Origin: Acidobacteriota bacterium
Lineage (GTDB): Bacteria; Acidobacteriota; UBA890; WLXD01
Reading direction: 5' to 3'
Assembly (NCBI GenBank): GCA_963666215.2
Contig: CAXWPL010000003.1
Span: forward strand, 1 to 64,000
DNA length: 64,000 bases
Each line of letters starts with the position of its first letter. Within the stretch, counting starts at the first letter, position 1. The notes beneath the pieces were generated by a model. That model was not told the origin of the DNA. It saw only the letters and a program-made list of their open reading frames with translations, and ran no database searches. The translations under genes were made by a program, and so were the position numbers. Shown here one piece after another: positions 36,991-46,265 of the stretch.

Positions 36991-37119
36991 ACTAGGGCTG
37001 TCATCAGAACGGTTTGCTTGCGCATGGATCCGCTTCGCCTCCTGGGGTTCTCGAGGGCCCACGCCCTCGTGGCGGTCGCGCGACAGTCCCGGCATCACTA
37101 CGCGCTCACATCTGGCTGC

Positions 37120-37148
37120 AGGCTAGCAATGCACGACTACATAGTCAA
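37120..37148 (-). promoter_or_regulatory. Putative sigma70 promoter for the small secreted protein gene
   Basis: Minus strand TTGACT-N17-TAGCCT in an AT-rich patch; a second TTGACA at 37194-37199. Confidence 0.55.
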
Positions 37149-37428
37149 CTATCTCAAAGCTTATTATCAGTCATTTATGGACAACTTAAGACATGTCAAC
37201 TCAGCTTTAGATGCAGTAGATCGTCGAAAGTCATCTTATCCGTTCACCGTGGGTGCCCGAATAGCTCACAGCATCGAGGCCCAATGCGGCGCCGTCCACG
37301 TTGCACCCACCCGGGCCGCCAGCTGCTAGTCTTGCGCCCGCGACAGACGGAAGCCCGCGCGTTTCGTGCGATTCCTCTTCGCTTCGCGAACACGCCTGTA
37401 AGAAACGAGCCGACAGCGATCATCACCG

Positions 37429-39204
37429 ATGCGCTACTCCTTCGTTATCGACCAGAGCCGCTGCATCGGCTGCCATGCCTGTTCGCTGGCGTGCAAATCG
37501 GAGCACGACGTGCCGCTTGGCTCGTATCGCACCTGGGTGAAGTACGTTGAGAAGGGCGCGTTCCCCGACGTGCGCCGCACCTTCAGCGTGCTGCGCTGCA
37601 ACCACTGCGAGCTGGCGCCGTGCGTTGAGATCTGCCCGGTTACGGCGTTGTATCGCCGCGACGACGGCATCGTCGACTTCGATCGCGACGTTTGCATTGG
37701 CTGCAAGGGCTGCATGCAAGCCTGTCCGTACGACGCGCTGTACATCCACCCGGAGCGAGGCACGGCGGAGAAGTGCAACTTCTGCTCGCACCGTATCGAG
37801 ATCGATCTCGAGCCTCCGTGTGCCACGGTTTGTCCGACGGAGGCGATCCTTGTGGGCGACATCGACGACGCGAGCTCCCGCGTCGCGCAGGTCATCGCCA
37901 CCCGCAAAGTCTCGGTGCGCAAACCCGAGAAGGGCACGATGCCGAAGGTCTTCTACGTCGATGGCGAGCCGCAAGCGCTGACCCCGGGAGCCTCGAGCCC
38001 GACGGGGGGATACCTCTGGGCCGACGGCCCCACCCGGGCAGCGAGCGACTGGTCGACGGGATCACGCGGCGCTCTCGCTGAGGTCGACAGCAACGGCTCA
38101 GTCGGCTTCGACGCCAGCAGGCAGCAGCCCGCCGAGACCACCTCCGATGTGCTGTTGGCGAGTCCGTTTGACGAGCCGAACGATCCCGCGGACTCCCCGC
38201 TAACAACTCCAGAAGGCTGGATCAACACCGACCTGCCACCGGCGGCGGCGCAGCAGCTCGCGGGAGCCGCGCGCGCATCGGAAGACCTCGAGTTCTTCAG
38301 CGGCGCCTGGGCCACTCTTACGCCGTCGCGAACAACGTACGACGTGGCGCATGAGACCCCCTGGGGCTGGAAGGTCTCGGCCTATCTGTGGACCAAGTCG
38401 ATCGCCGCCGGCGCCTTCCTCGTAGCGCTGCTGGCGCCGTATCTCGGTCTGCCGAGCTCGCCGACCCTCGACATTGGCGCCCCGCTCACGGGCCTGGTCT
38501 TTCTAGCCATCACAAGCGCGCTGCTCGTGGTTGACCTCAAACGCCCGGAGCGCTTCTGGATGATCCTCACGCGCCCCAACTGGAACTCCTGGATCGCCCG
38601 CGGCGCCTACATCATCACGGGCTTCGCGGTGCTGGCGACCCTCTGGTCGGCCGCGGCGTTGCTGAAGGTTGTGATCCCAGCAAGCGGCGCCACGGCGGAG
38701 CTGGCACTGGCCTTGCTTCGTTGGCCGCTGGCGGCGTTCGCCGTGGCCACAGCCGGCTATAGCGGCTACCTGTTCGCGCAGGCCAAGGGACGCGATTACT
38801 GGCAGAACTCCGCCACGCCTCTCCATCTCTCAGCTCAGGCGGCACTGGCTGGACTGGCGGCGGCGATGCCGCTGCTGACGATCGCCGGCGCGAGCGTTCG
38901 TCCGCTGCTGGGCTGGTTCGTGACGGCGATGGCGCTCCATCTGGTGCTCATTGGCTTCGGCGAGGCTACCGTCGCGCATGTCAGTCACGACGGCCGTCTC
39001 GCGGTCAAGGCGCTCCTCAAGGGCCGCCTGCGCGGCTGGTTCTGGTGGTCGATCGCGTTCGTCCTGGCAGCCGTCGGGGTAGCAGTGGCGACCGAATTGG
39101 GCAGCGGCCCCGCCGCCCTGGCCAGCGGTCTACTGGCGCTGACGGGGTTGGCGCTCTACGAACATGCCTGGGTGCAGGCCGGCCAATGCGTTCCGCTGTC
39201 GTGA
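37429..39204 (+). CDS. Four-cluster ferredoxin (DmsB/NrfC-like) fused to an NrfD/PsrC membrane anchor
   Basis: 'CIGCHACSLACK', 'CNHCELAPCVEICP', 'CIGCKGCMQACP', 'KCNFC..PPCATVCP'; then 'WGWKVSAYLWTKSIAAG', 'DLKRPERFW..PNWNSWIARGA' and TM helices. Confidence 0.92.
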   Translation: MRYSFVIDQSRCIGCHACSLACKSEHDVPLGSYRTWVKYVEKGAFPDVRRTFSVLRCNHCELAPCVEICPVTALYRRDDGIVDFDRDVCIGCKGCMQACPYDALYIHPERGTAEKCNFCSHRIEIDLEPPCATVCPTEAILVGDIDDASSRVAQVIATRKVSVRKPEKGTMPKVFYVDGEPQALTPGASSPTGGYLWADGPTRAASDWSTGSRGALAEVDSNGSVGFDASRQQPAETTSDVLLASPFDEPNDPADSPLTTPEGWINTDLPPAAAQQLAGAARASEDLEFFSGAWATLTPSRTTYDVAHETPWGWKVSAYLWTKSIAAGAFLVALLAPYLGLPSSPTLDIGAPLTGLVFLAITSALLVVDLKRPERFWMILTRPNWNSWIARGAYIITGFAVLATLWSAAALLKVVIPASGATAELALALLRWPLAAFAVATAGYSGYLFAQAKGRDYWQNSATPLHLSAQAALAGLAAAMPLLTIAGASVRPLLGWFVTAMALHLVLIGFGEATVAHVSHDGRLAVKALLKGRLRGWFWWSIAFVLAAVGVAVATELGSGPAALASGLLALTGLALYEHAWVQAGQCVPLS

Positions 39205-39270
39205 CCGGAAACCTCGGCGCTGCGGCCTGGTTCCGTTTGCAAGGGTCCGCGAGCTCATGAGGCGACGGCA

Positions 39271-42231
39271 ATGAAATCGACCCCGCCCGACGCACCGCGT
39301 TGCGAAGGCAACGGCGACAGTGCCCACAACGGCCCCAAAGTCGAGGGACGCTTCCCCGACGACGGCGAAGGCTGGATTCTCAGCAGCGCCCCCGGGCCCG
39401 AGCACTGGGACGATTGGCGCGAATACGACCCGCAGGCCTGGCCGCGCAAGGTGGAGCGCCGCTATCGACTGGTGCCGACGATCTGCTTCAACTGCGAGTC
39501 GGCGTGCGGACTGCTCGCCTACGTCGACAAGTTCTCGGGAAAGATTCGGCGCTTCGAGGGCAACCCCGTGCACCCCGGAAGCCGCGGCCGTGTGTGCGCC
39601 AAGGGGCCAGCGACGATCAATCAGATCAACGACCCCGAGCGTATTCTCTACCCGCTCAAGCGCGTCGGCGAGCGCGGATCGGGTCGCTGGGTACGCGTCA
39701 CATGGGAGGCAGCGCTCGAGGACATCAGCGGCCGCATCCGAAAGGCGATTCAGGAAGGACGGGGCGAAGAGGTCATGTACCACGTCGGTCGCCCCGGCCA
39801 CGACGGAACGATGGACCGTGTTCTGAAAGCCTGGGGAATCGATGGCCACAATTCGCACACGAACATCTGCAGCGCCGGTGCGCGCCTCGGCTACGCCCTC
39901 TGGCATCAGGGCGATCGCCCGTCACCCGATCACGAGAACGCCAAGTTCATCCTGCTGCTGTCGTCGCATCTGGAGGCCGGCCACTACTTCAACCCGCACG
40001 CTCAACGCATCATCGAGGGCAAGGCTCGCGGCGCCAAGATCGCCGTGCTCGACCCGCGCCTGTCGAACACCGCGTCGATGGCCGACTACTGGATGCCCAC
40101 ATGGCCGGGAACCGAGTCGGCGGTGCTGCTGGCGATCGCCAATGTGCTGCTTCACGAAAACCTGTGCGATCGCGAGTTCGTGCGGCGCTGGGTGAACTGG
40201 CAGGAATACCTACTCAACGAACACCCCGAGGAATACCAGAGAGCCCTGTCGATGGGCGGTGGGGGCGCCGGAGCCGACGGCGTCGAGGTGTTCTTCGACG
40301 TGCTCAAGGATGTGTACGCCGAGTACACGCCCGAGTTCGCCGCGCGCGAGAGCGGTGCCTCCGCCACGATGATCATCGAGATCGCACGGCAGATCGGGCG
40401 CGCTGGCAACTCCGTTGCCACCCACGTCTGGCGCTCGGCTGCCTCCGGCAATCTTGGTGGCTGGCAGGTCGCCCGCTGTTTACAGCTGCTCAACGTGCTG
40501 ACTGGCAGCGTTGGCACGAAGGGCGGGACCGCGCCGGCGAACAAAGACAAGTTCGTGGCTGCGATGCCGAACAACCCGCCGGCCAACGACAAGTGGAACG
40601 AGCTGACCTGGCCGCGCGAGTATCCACTTTCGCACCACGAGCTCTCCTTCCTGCTGCCGCATTTCCTGAAGGAAGGCCGCGGCAAGATCGACACGTACTT
40701 CACGCGCGTCTACAACCCGGCGTGGACCAACCCCGACGGCTTCACGTGGATCGAGATGCTGCGCGACGAGAGCAAGATCGGCTGCCACGTAGCGCTAACG
40801 CCCACGTGGAACGAAAGTGCCTATTGGGCCGATTACGTGCTGCCGATGGGGCTGGCGCCGGAGCGTCACGACCTGATGAGCCAGGAAACAGCTTCCGGTT
40901 CGTGGCTCGGATTTCGGCAACCCGTGATGCGGCGGTTCAAGGACCTCGAGGGCGAGCCCGCCGACGACACTCGCGAGGCCAATCCCGGCGATGTTTGGGA
41001 GGAAGACGAGCTCTGGACCGAGCTGTCGTGGCAGATCGACCCCGACGGCTCGATGGGAATCCGCAAGTGGTTCGAGGCGCCCAACCGTCCTGGCGAGAAG
41101 ATGACGGTCGACGACTACTACGGCTGGATCTTCGACAACTCGGTACCGGGCTTGCCCGAGGCGGCGGCCGCCGAGGGACTGAAGCCGCTGGAGTACATGC
41201 GTCGCTACGGGGCTTTTCGTGTCAAACAGGATTCGTATGGCTTCTATGCGAAGGATGTCGAGCTACCCATCCAGGGCGCGATGAATGGCGATGCCGCGAG
41301 CACGCCGGATTCGGTCTCGGGGGAGACGCGCGTGGAGCGCGATCCGACCACCGGGCTCGTGCGCGTCGACGGCAATGTTGTTGGCGTCGAAATCGACGGC
41401 CACGTTTACAACGGCTTCGATACGCCGTCGCGGCGCCTCGAGTTCTACTCGCAAACCATGGCCGACTGGGGCTGGCAGGATCAGACCATCCCGGGCTATA
41501 TCCGATCACATGTTCACTGGTCGCGGCTCAACCGCGACGCTGGTGACGCCGTGCTGCTGCCCACGTTCCGCCTGCCGACGCTCATCCATACGCGCTCGGC
41601 GAACGCCAAGTGGCTGGTCGAGATCTCGCACCGCAACCCACTGTGGATGCACCCTGCCGACGCCGAGCGCATCGGCGTGGCAACCGACGCCCTGGTGCGG
41701 GTCAACACGCGCATCGGCTTCTTCGTGGTGCGCGTTTGGGTTACCGAGGGCCTGCGGCCCGGCATCGTTGCCTGCTCGCACCACATGGGTCGCTGGCGTT
41801 TCGACAAGTCGCCTGGAGCCGGCGCATGGACCGCGGCCACCGTCCATCTGGGAGAGAGCCCGAACGCTGCCGGCGACGGATCGGAATGGCGGGTACGTCA
41901 GACCGCGGGCGTGCAAGCGTTCGAATCGGAGGACCCGGATTCCTCACGCATCTGGTGGACCGATGCCGGCGTGCACCAAAACCTGACGTTCCCGGTGCAA
42001 CCCGACCCGATCTCCGGAATGCACTGCTGGCACCAGGTCGTGCGTCTCGAGCCGGCCCGCGCCGGCGACCGCTACGGCGACGTCTCAGTTGACACGGCCA
42101 AATCGCACGCAATCTACAAGGAGTGGCTGGCCCAGACCAAGCCGGCTCCAGGGCCCGACGGCCTGCGCCGCCCCCTCTGGTTTGCCCGCCCGGTTCGCCC
42201 TACCGACAACGCGTATCGAATCAAGAGCTGA
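39271..42231 (+). CDS. Molybdopterin (bis-PGD) oxidoreductase catalytic subunit, DMSO reductase superfamily, substrate unknown
   Basis: FS0 motif 'CFNCESAC...CAKG', 'RILYPLKRVGERGSG', 'SHTNICS', C-terminal binding domain 'NPLWMHPADA'; no Tat signal. Confidence 0.9.
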   Translation: MKSTPPDAPRCEGNGDSAHNGPKVEGRFPDDGEGWILSSAPGPEHWDDWREYDPQAWPRKVERRYRLVPTICFNCESACGLLAYVDKFSGKIRRFEGNPVHPGSRGRVCAKGPATINQINDPERILYPLKRVGERGSGRWVRVTWEAALEDISGRIRKAIQEGRGEEVMYHVGRPGHDGTMDRVLKAWGIDGHNSHTNICSAGARLGYALWHQGDRPSPDHENAKFILLLSSHLEAGHYFNPHAQRIIEGKARGAKIAVLDPRLSNTASMADYWMPTWPGTESAVLLAIANVLLHENLCDREFVRRWVNWQEYLLNEHPEEYQRALSMGGGGAGADGVEVFFDVLKDVYAEYTPEFAARESGASATMIIEIARQIGRAGNSVATHVWRSAASGNLGGWQVARCLQLLNVLTGSVGTKGGTAPANKDKFVAAMPNNPPANDKWNELTWPREYPLSHHELSFLLPHFLKEGRGKIDTYFTRVYNPAWTNPDGFTWIEMLRDESKIGCHVALTPTWNESAYWADYVLPMGLAPERHDLMSQETASGSWLGFRQPVMRRFKDLEGEPADDTREANPGDVWEEDELWTELSWQIDPDGSMGIRKWFEAPNRPGEKMTVDDYYGWIFDNSVPGLPEAAAAEGLKPLEYMRRYGAFRVKQDSYGFYAKDVELPIQGAMNGDAASTPDSVSGETRVERDPTTGLVRVDGNVVGVEIDGHVYNGFDTPSRRLEFYSQTMADWGWQDQTIPGYIRSHVHWSRLNRDAGDAVLLPTFRLPTLIHTRSANAKWLVEISHRNPLWMHPADAERIGVATDALVRVNTRIGFFVVRVWVTEGLRPGIVACSHHMGRWRFDKSPGAGAWTAATVHLGESPNAAGDGSEWRVRQTAGVQAFESEDPDSSRIWWTDAGVHQNLTFPVQPDPISGMHCWHQVVRLEPARAGDRYGDVSVDTAKSHAIYKEWLAQTKPAPGPDGLRRPLWFARPVRPTDNAYRIKS

Positions 42232-42309
42232 CCCTGGCGGGGGACCTCGCAGATCCTCTCGCTCCGGCAGATCGCTCTCGCTCGATGAGAGCCAGTTGAG
42301 GAGATCGAC

Positions 42310-43218
42310 ATGAACGTTCTGGTTACCGGCGCAACCGGTTTCATCGGATCGCACCTCTGCAGCGCGCTGAAGGACGCGGGGCACACGGTCACGGCACTGT
42401 CGCGTAACGGTGCGCGCGCCGAGAAGGCGCTACCGGCGCTCTCTGGAGCCCAGAGCTGGGACTCGCTCGCGGGCCCACCGCCAACGTCGGCCTTCCAAGG
42501 AATCGACGCGGTCGTGCATCTTGCCGGGGAGAGCGTTGCCGGGCGCTGGACCCGCTCGAAAAGACGCGCTATCCGCGACAGTCGGCTACTTGGCACGCGC
42601 AACCTCGTCGAGGGCATGCTCGCCAGCGACCCGTCGCCGGGCGTCATGGTGTCGGCGAGCGCGATCGGCTACTACGGCGACCGTGGCGACGAGGAACTGG
42701 TGGAGGAATCGGCGCCAGGCGACGACTTCCTGGCCGAGGTCTGCAAGGGCTGGGAGCACGAGACCCGGCGTGCCGAGGATGCTGGTGTCACCGTGACTCG
42801 TCTACGGACGGGCATCGTCCTCGGCAACGGTGGCGGAGCGTTGCAGCAGATGCTCACACCCGCCAAGCTGGGCCTGGGCGGCCCGCTGGGCTCGGGTGGG
42901 CAGTGGTGGTCGTGGATTCACCTCGACGACATGGTCGGCGTTGTACAGCACGCGCTCGCCAGAGAATCGAGCACCGTATTGAACACCACCGCCCCCGAGC
43001 CCGCCCGGCAACGCGACTTCGCCAAGGCCATGGGAAGCGTGCTGCGACGCCCGGCCTTCTTGCCAGCCCCAGCGTTCGCGCTCAAGCTCATGCTCGGCGG
43101 CTTCTCTACCGAGCTACTCGGCAGCAAGCGGGTACTCCCGAAACACCTACAGGAGGCGGGCTACGAGTTCCGCTTCCCCACGCTCGCGGGCGCTCTGCAG
43201 GATCTGCTGGGCGCCTAG
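42310..43218 (+). CDS. TIGR01777 family NAD-dependent epimerase (YfcH-like)
   Basis: 'VTGATGFIG', 'HLAGE', 'SASAIGYYG', 'GSGGQWWSWIHLDD', 'VLRRPAFLPAPAF'. Confidence 0.92.
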   Translation: MNVLVTGATGFIGSHLCSALKDAGHTVTALSRNGARAEKALPALSGAQSWDSLAGPPPTSAFQGIDAVVHLAGESVAGRWTRSKRRAIRDSRLLGTRNLVEGMLASDPSPGVMVSASAIGYYGDRGDEELVEESAPGDDFLAEVCKGWEHETRRAEDAGVTVTRLRTGIVLGNGGGALQQMLTPAKLGLGGPLGSGGQWWSWIHLDDMVGVVQHALARESSTVLNTTAPEPARQRDFAKAMGSVLRRPAFLPAPAFALKLMLGGFSTELLGSKRVLPKHLQEAGYEFRFPTLAGALQDLLGA

Positions 43219-43374
43219 CTGTGAGCTCCAAGGAGGTAGCTCACGAGCTCACTCCTGGGATCCGAGCCGTCGGTGTCGTCAGGCCGATGCCGGCAGGGTG
43301 GTGAGGGCGAGGGGTTGGGCTCCGCGAGTTTTTTTGGCTTCGCGCACCGGCCCCTTCGTTCGTACCCTTTCGGG

Positions 43375-44895
43375 ATGGGGACCCTGAGAACGGACGCGGC
43401 GCTCGACCCGGTGCGCGAGCTGGAGCTGCTCGTGGAGTCGCGCTACCCGATCGTGCTGGTCGAATCCATCGAACAGCAGCGCGTCGACGCTCTGCTGCAG
43501 CGCTTGGCTCGCAAGATGCGAGTGCCGCTCTTCTTTTAGGACGCGGCCGTGGGTCTACGCCGCTCCGACTCGGCCACGCCAATCTACGACAGCGCCGACA
43601 TCGTCAGGGCGCTGGCCAACGCCGCCGCAATCGACGACGACGTCCTGTTCTATTTCAAGGGGCTCGCAGGGCGGCTGCACGAACCCGCCCTGCGGCCACT
43701 GCTCCAACGAGTCGCCAAGGCCTTCAGTACCGATCGCCGGGCGCTCATCGTTTCGGGACTCGAGTCGCAGCTGCCAACGGACCTGCGTCACCAGATCGCC
43801 CGCCATCGCCTGGAGCTACCAGACCATCGCGAGCTCACCGAGGTGGCGACTCGGACGATCGAGGAACTGTCGCGTCACCAGAACGTCGAGCTACGCCTGC
43901 GCGGCCAGGATTTCGACACGCTCGTGCGTTCCCTCGCCGGCCTTACGCTCTTGGAAGCGGAACGAACTCTCAGGCAGGCGGCGCTGCGTGACGGAGTCCT
44001 CGGTATCGACGACCTACGTTTCGTACTGGACTCGAAGCGCGATCGCATGCAAGAGACGGGGGCTCTCGAGACCGTACCTGTCACGGGTGAGATCGAGGTA
44101 GCCGGTCTCAGCAACATCAAGAGCTGGCTCGCCAAGCGCCGGCGCGCGCTCGAGCCCGAGGCCCGCGCTTTCGGACTGCCGGCGCCCAAGGGCGTCCTGC
44201 TGCTCGGCGTCCAGGGCTGTGGCAAGAGCCTGACCGCGAAGCTCGTCGCGAGCTCCTGGGGCCTGCCGCTGCTGCGGCTCGAAGCTGGCCGCCTGTACAA
44301 CAAGTTCATCGGCGAGTCGGAGGCCAACCTCGATCGAGCGCTACAGACCGCCGAGCGCATGGCTCCCTGCGTGCTGCTGATCGACGAGATCGAGAAGGCC
44401 TTCGCCACCGGAAGCGGCGACGGCGACGCTGGGCTGTCTCGCCGCATCCTCGGCCGCCTGCTCAGCTGGCTACAGGAACGCACGGCACCTGTGTTCGTTG
44501 TCGCCACCTGCAACAGCGTCTCGCAGCTTCCTCCCGAAATGATGCGCAAAGGTCGCTTCGACGAGCTCTTCTTCGTTGATCTTCCGGACGCAACCGAGCG
44601 CCATGGAATCTTCGAGCTCCACCTGGCGCGCCGAGGACGTGCGCCCGAGGGCTTCGATCTGGCAAAGCTGGTCGAGGCCGCCGCGGGGTTCAGTGGTGCC
44701 GAGATCGAGGCCGTGATCGTCGCCGGTCTGTACACCGCCTTCGCCGAGGATCGCGATCTCTCCAGCGCCGTGATTCTCCAGGAGATCGCGGCCACTCGCC
44801 CGCTCTCGGTCGTGCGCGGCGAGGAGATCGCCGACCTTCGCCGCTGGGCCGCCGGCCGCACCGTACCGGCGGCGGGCGCCGCAGTCGCGGCCTAG
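43375..44895 (+). pseudogene. Ycf46-like AAA+ ATPase with in-frame TAG at 43537-43539
   Basis: ORFs 43273-43539 and 43549-44895 are in the same frame; N-terminus 'LELLVESRYPIVLVESIEQQR...PLFF*D' (Trp expected at the stop); Walker A 'GVQGCGKS', Walker B 'LLIDEIEK', 'RKGRFDE'. Confidence 0.8.
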
Positions 44896-45143
44896 GAAAC
44901 CATCGCCGGAAGGCTCCATCGCTCTCCCCGAGCGGCCGCGCCAGCGTAGTCGCCATTGAGGGAGACCTCGGCGAAAAGGCAAGCGCGTCGGGGACCGGCC
45001 CGCCTACCCGCGGACCGGGGTGCCCCTCGAGCATGCAGAACGGGTTGAGAGCCGCTCTGTCACCCGGCATAGTGCAACCTGCATTTCGCCCGCATTCCCT
45101 TTCGCCTCGAAAGGAGCGCGCGCCTCCCGGGAGCCACGAAGGT

Positions 45144-46265
45144 ATGAGAGCAAGCCAGACGGCTGCCGTCCTACGCTGTTTGATCCTCGCCACGCTCATC
45201 GGCTGCGTGGGCGCGTCGGCTTCACCGAGCCGGCAGCGTTCGGCCGATCAGCAGGCGCAGTCGTCCGTTGCGATCTCCGAGTCGCTACTCCGCGCCCATC
45301 TCGAGTTCATCGCGTCCGACGACCTGGAAGGACGCCGGACGCCTTCGCGAGGGCTCGACCTGGCCGCTCGATACCTCGCCAGCCAGCTGCAGCGCATTGG
45401 CCTCGAGCCGGCCGGTGGCGACGGTAGCTACTTCCAGCGTTTCCGAGTCGACGACCGCGCACCGCGAGATCGCGATTCGGAGCGCGACGCGAAGGCCCAG
45501 ACGCCGGAGAATGGCTGGACGCAGAACGTCGTCGCCATCCTCCGCGGCGCCGACGCCGACCTGGCAACCGAGTACGTGGCGCTGGGCGCACACTACGATC
45601 ACGTGGGCATCGGCACCGCTGACGACTCGGGCGACACGATCTATAACGGCGCCGACGACGACGGATCTGGAACCGTCGCTCTGTTGGCGCTCGCCGAGTC
45701 GTACGCTAGCGGGCTTCGCCCAGCACGCTCCCTTCTGTTCGTGTGGCACGCGGGCGAGGAGGGCGGGCTGCGAGGATCTCGGATGTTTGCCGACAACCCC
45801 ACAGTGCCGAGGGAGCAGATCGTCGCGCAGCTCAACATCGACATGATTGGTCGCAGCCGCGCTGCCAGCGACACCTCAGAAAAGAACAACAAGCTGACCG
45901 CAGCCGACGAGATCTATGTGATAGGCCCACGCATCATGAGTGAGGACATGCTCGAGATCGTCGAGCGGCTGAGCGCGGAACACGGGCTACGCGTCAACCC
46001 GCTCTACGACGATATCGATCAGCAGGAGCGCTTCTTCTTCCGCAGCGATCACGTCAACTACGCGCGCCATCGTATTCCCGTCGCCTTCTTCTTCAGCGGT
46101 GCGCACGAGGACTATCACAAGCCCTCGGACGAGGTCGATCGGATCGACTTCAACAAGCTCCGCGACGTCGCCGAGCTCATCCAGTCGGTGGGAACGGAGC
46201 TCGCCGACCGACCCGAGCGACCGCGCGTGAATCGCGGCTTCAACCTCAACCGGGGGCACGACTGA
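45144..46265 (+). CDS. M28 family metallopeptidase (probable lipoprotein)
   Basis: 'ASDDLEGR', 'GAHYDHVG', 'NGADDDGSG', 'GEEGGLRGS', 'NIDMIGR', 'RSDH', 'DYHKPSD'; 'LIGC' lipobox. Confidence 0.92.
   Translation: MRASQTAAVLRCLILATLIGCVGASASPSRQRSADQQAQSSVAISESLLRAHLEFIASDDLEGRRTPSRGLDLAARYLASQLQRIGLEPAGGDGSYFQRFRVDDRAPRDRDSERDAKAQTPENGWTQNVVAILRGADADLATEYVALGAHYDHVGIGTADDSGDTIYNGADDDGSGTVALLALAESYASGLRPARSLLFVWHAGEEGGLRGSRMFADNPTVPREQIVAQLNIDMIGRSRAASDTSEKNNKLTAADEIYVIGPRIMSEDMLEIVERLSAEHGLRVNPLYDDIDQQERFFFRSDHVNYARHRIPVAFFFSGAHEDYHKPSDEVDRIDFNKLRDVAELIQSVGTELADRPERPRVNRGFNLNRGHD

Larger units (their letters stand above)
35563..37025 (-). pseudogene. Small secreted protein of unknown function, split by IS481 in its signal peptide
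   Basis: ATG at 37025 with GGAGG RBS reads MRKQTVLMTALV up to the IS and resumes GIVIVALGSIPADA-SKWERT... on the far side, forming a classic signal peptide. Confidence 0.8.

Noticed and set aside
37014-37550. ORFs 37014-37550 and 37018-37329 across the AT-rich patch
   Set aside because: No recognisable motifs; they overlap the start, RBS and promoter of the minus-strand gene.
39300-41546. Long alternative-frame and antisense ORFs (e.g. 748 aa here, 30942-32600, 52102-53814, 56104-57780)
   Set aside because: Shadow ORFs expected from high GC3 codon bias over well-supported genes.
43537-43539. Genetic-code reassignment or pyrrolysine read-through of TAG
   Set aside because: Many intact genes here end in TAG at the expected C-terminus, and there are no pyl genes in the window.
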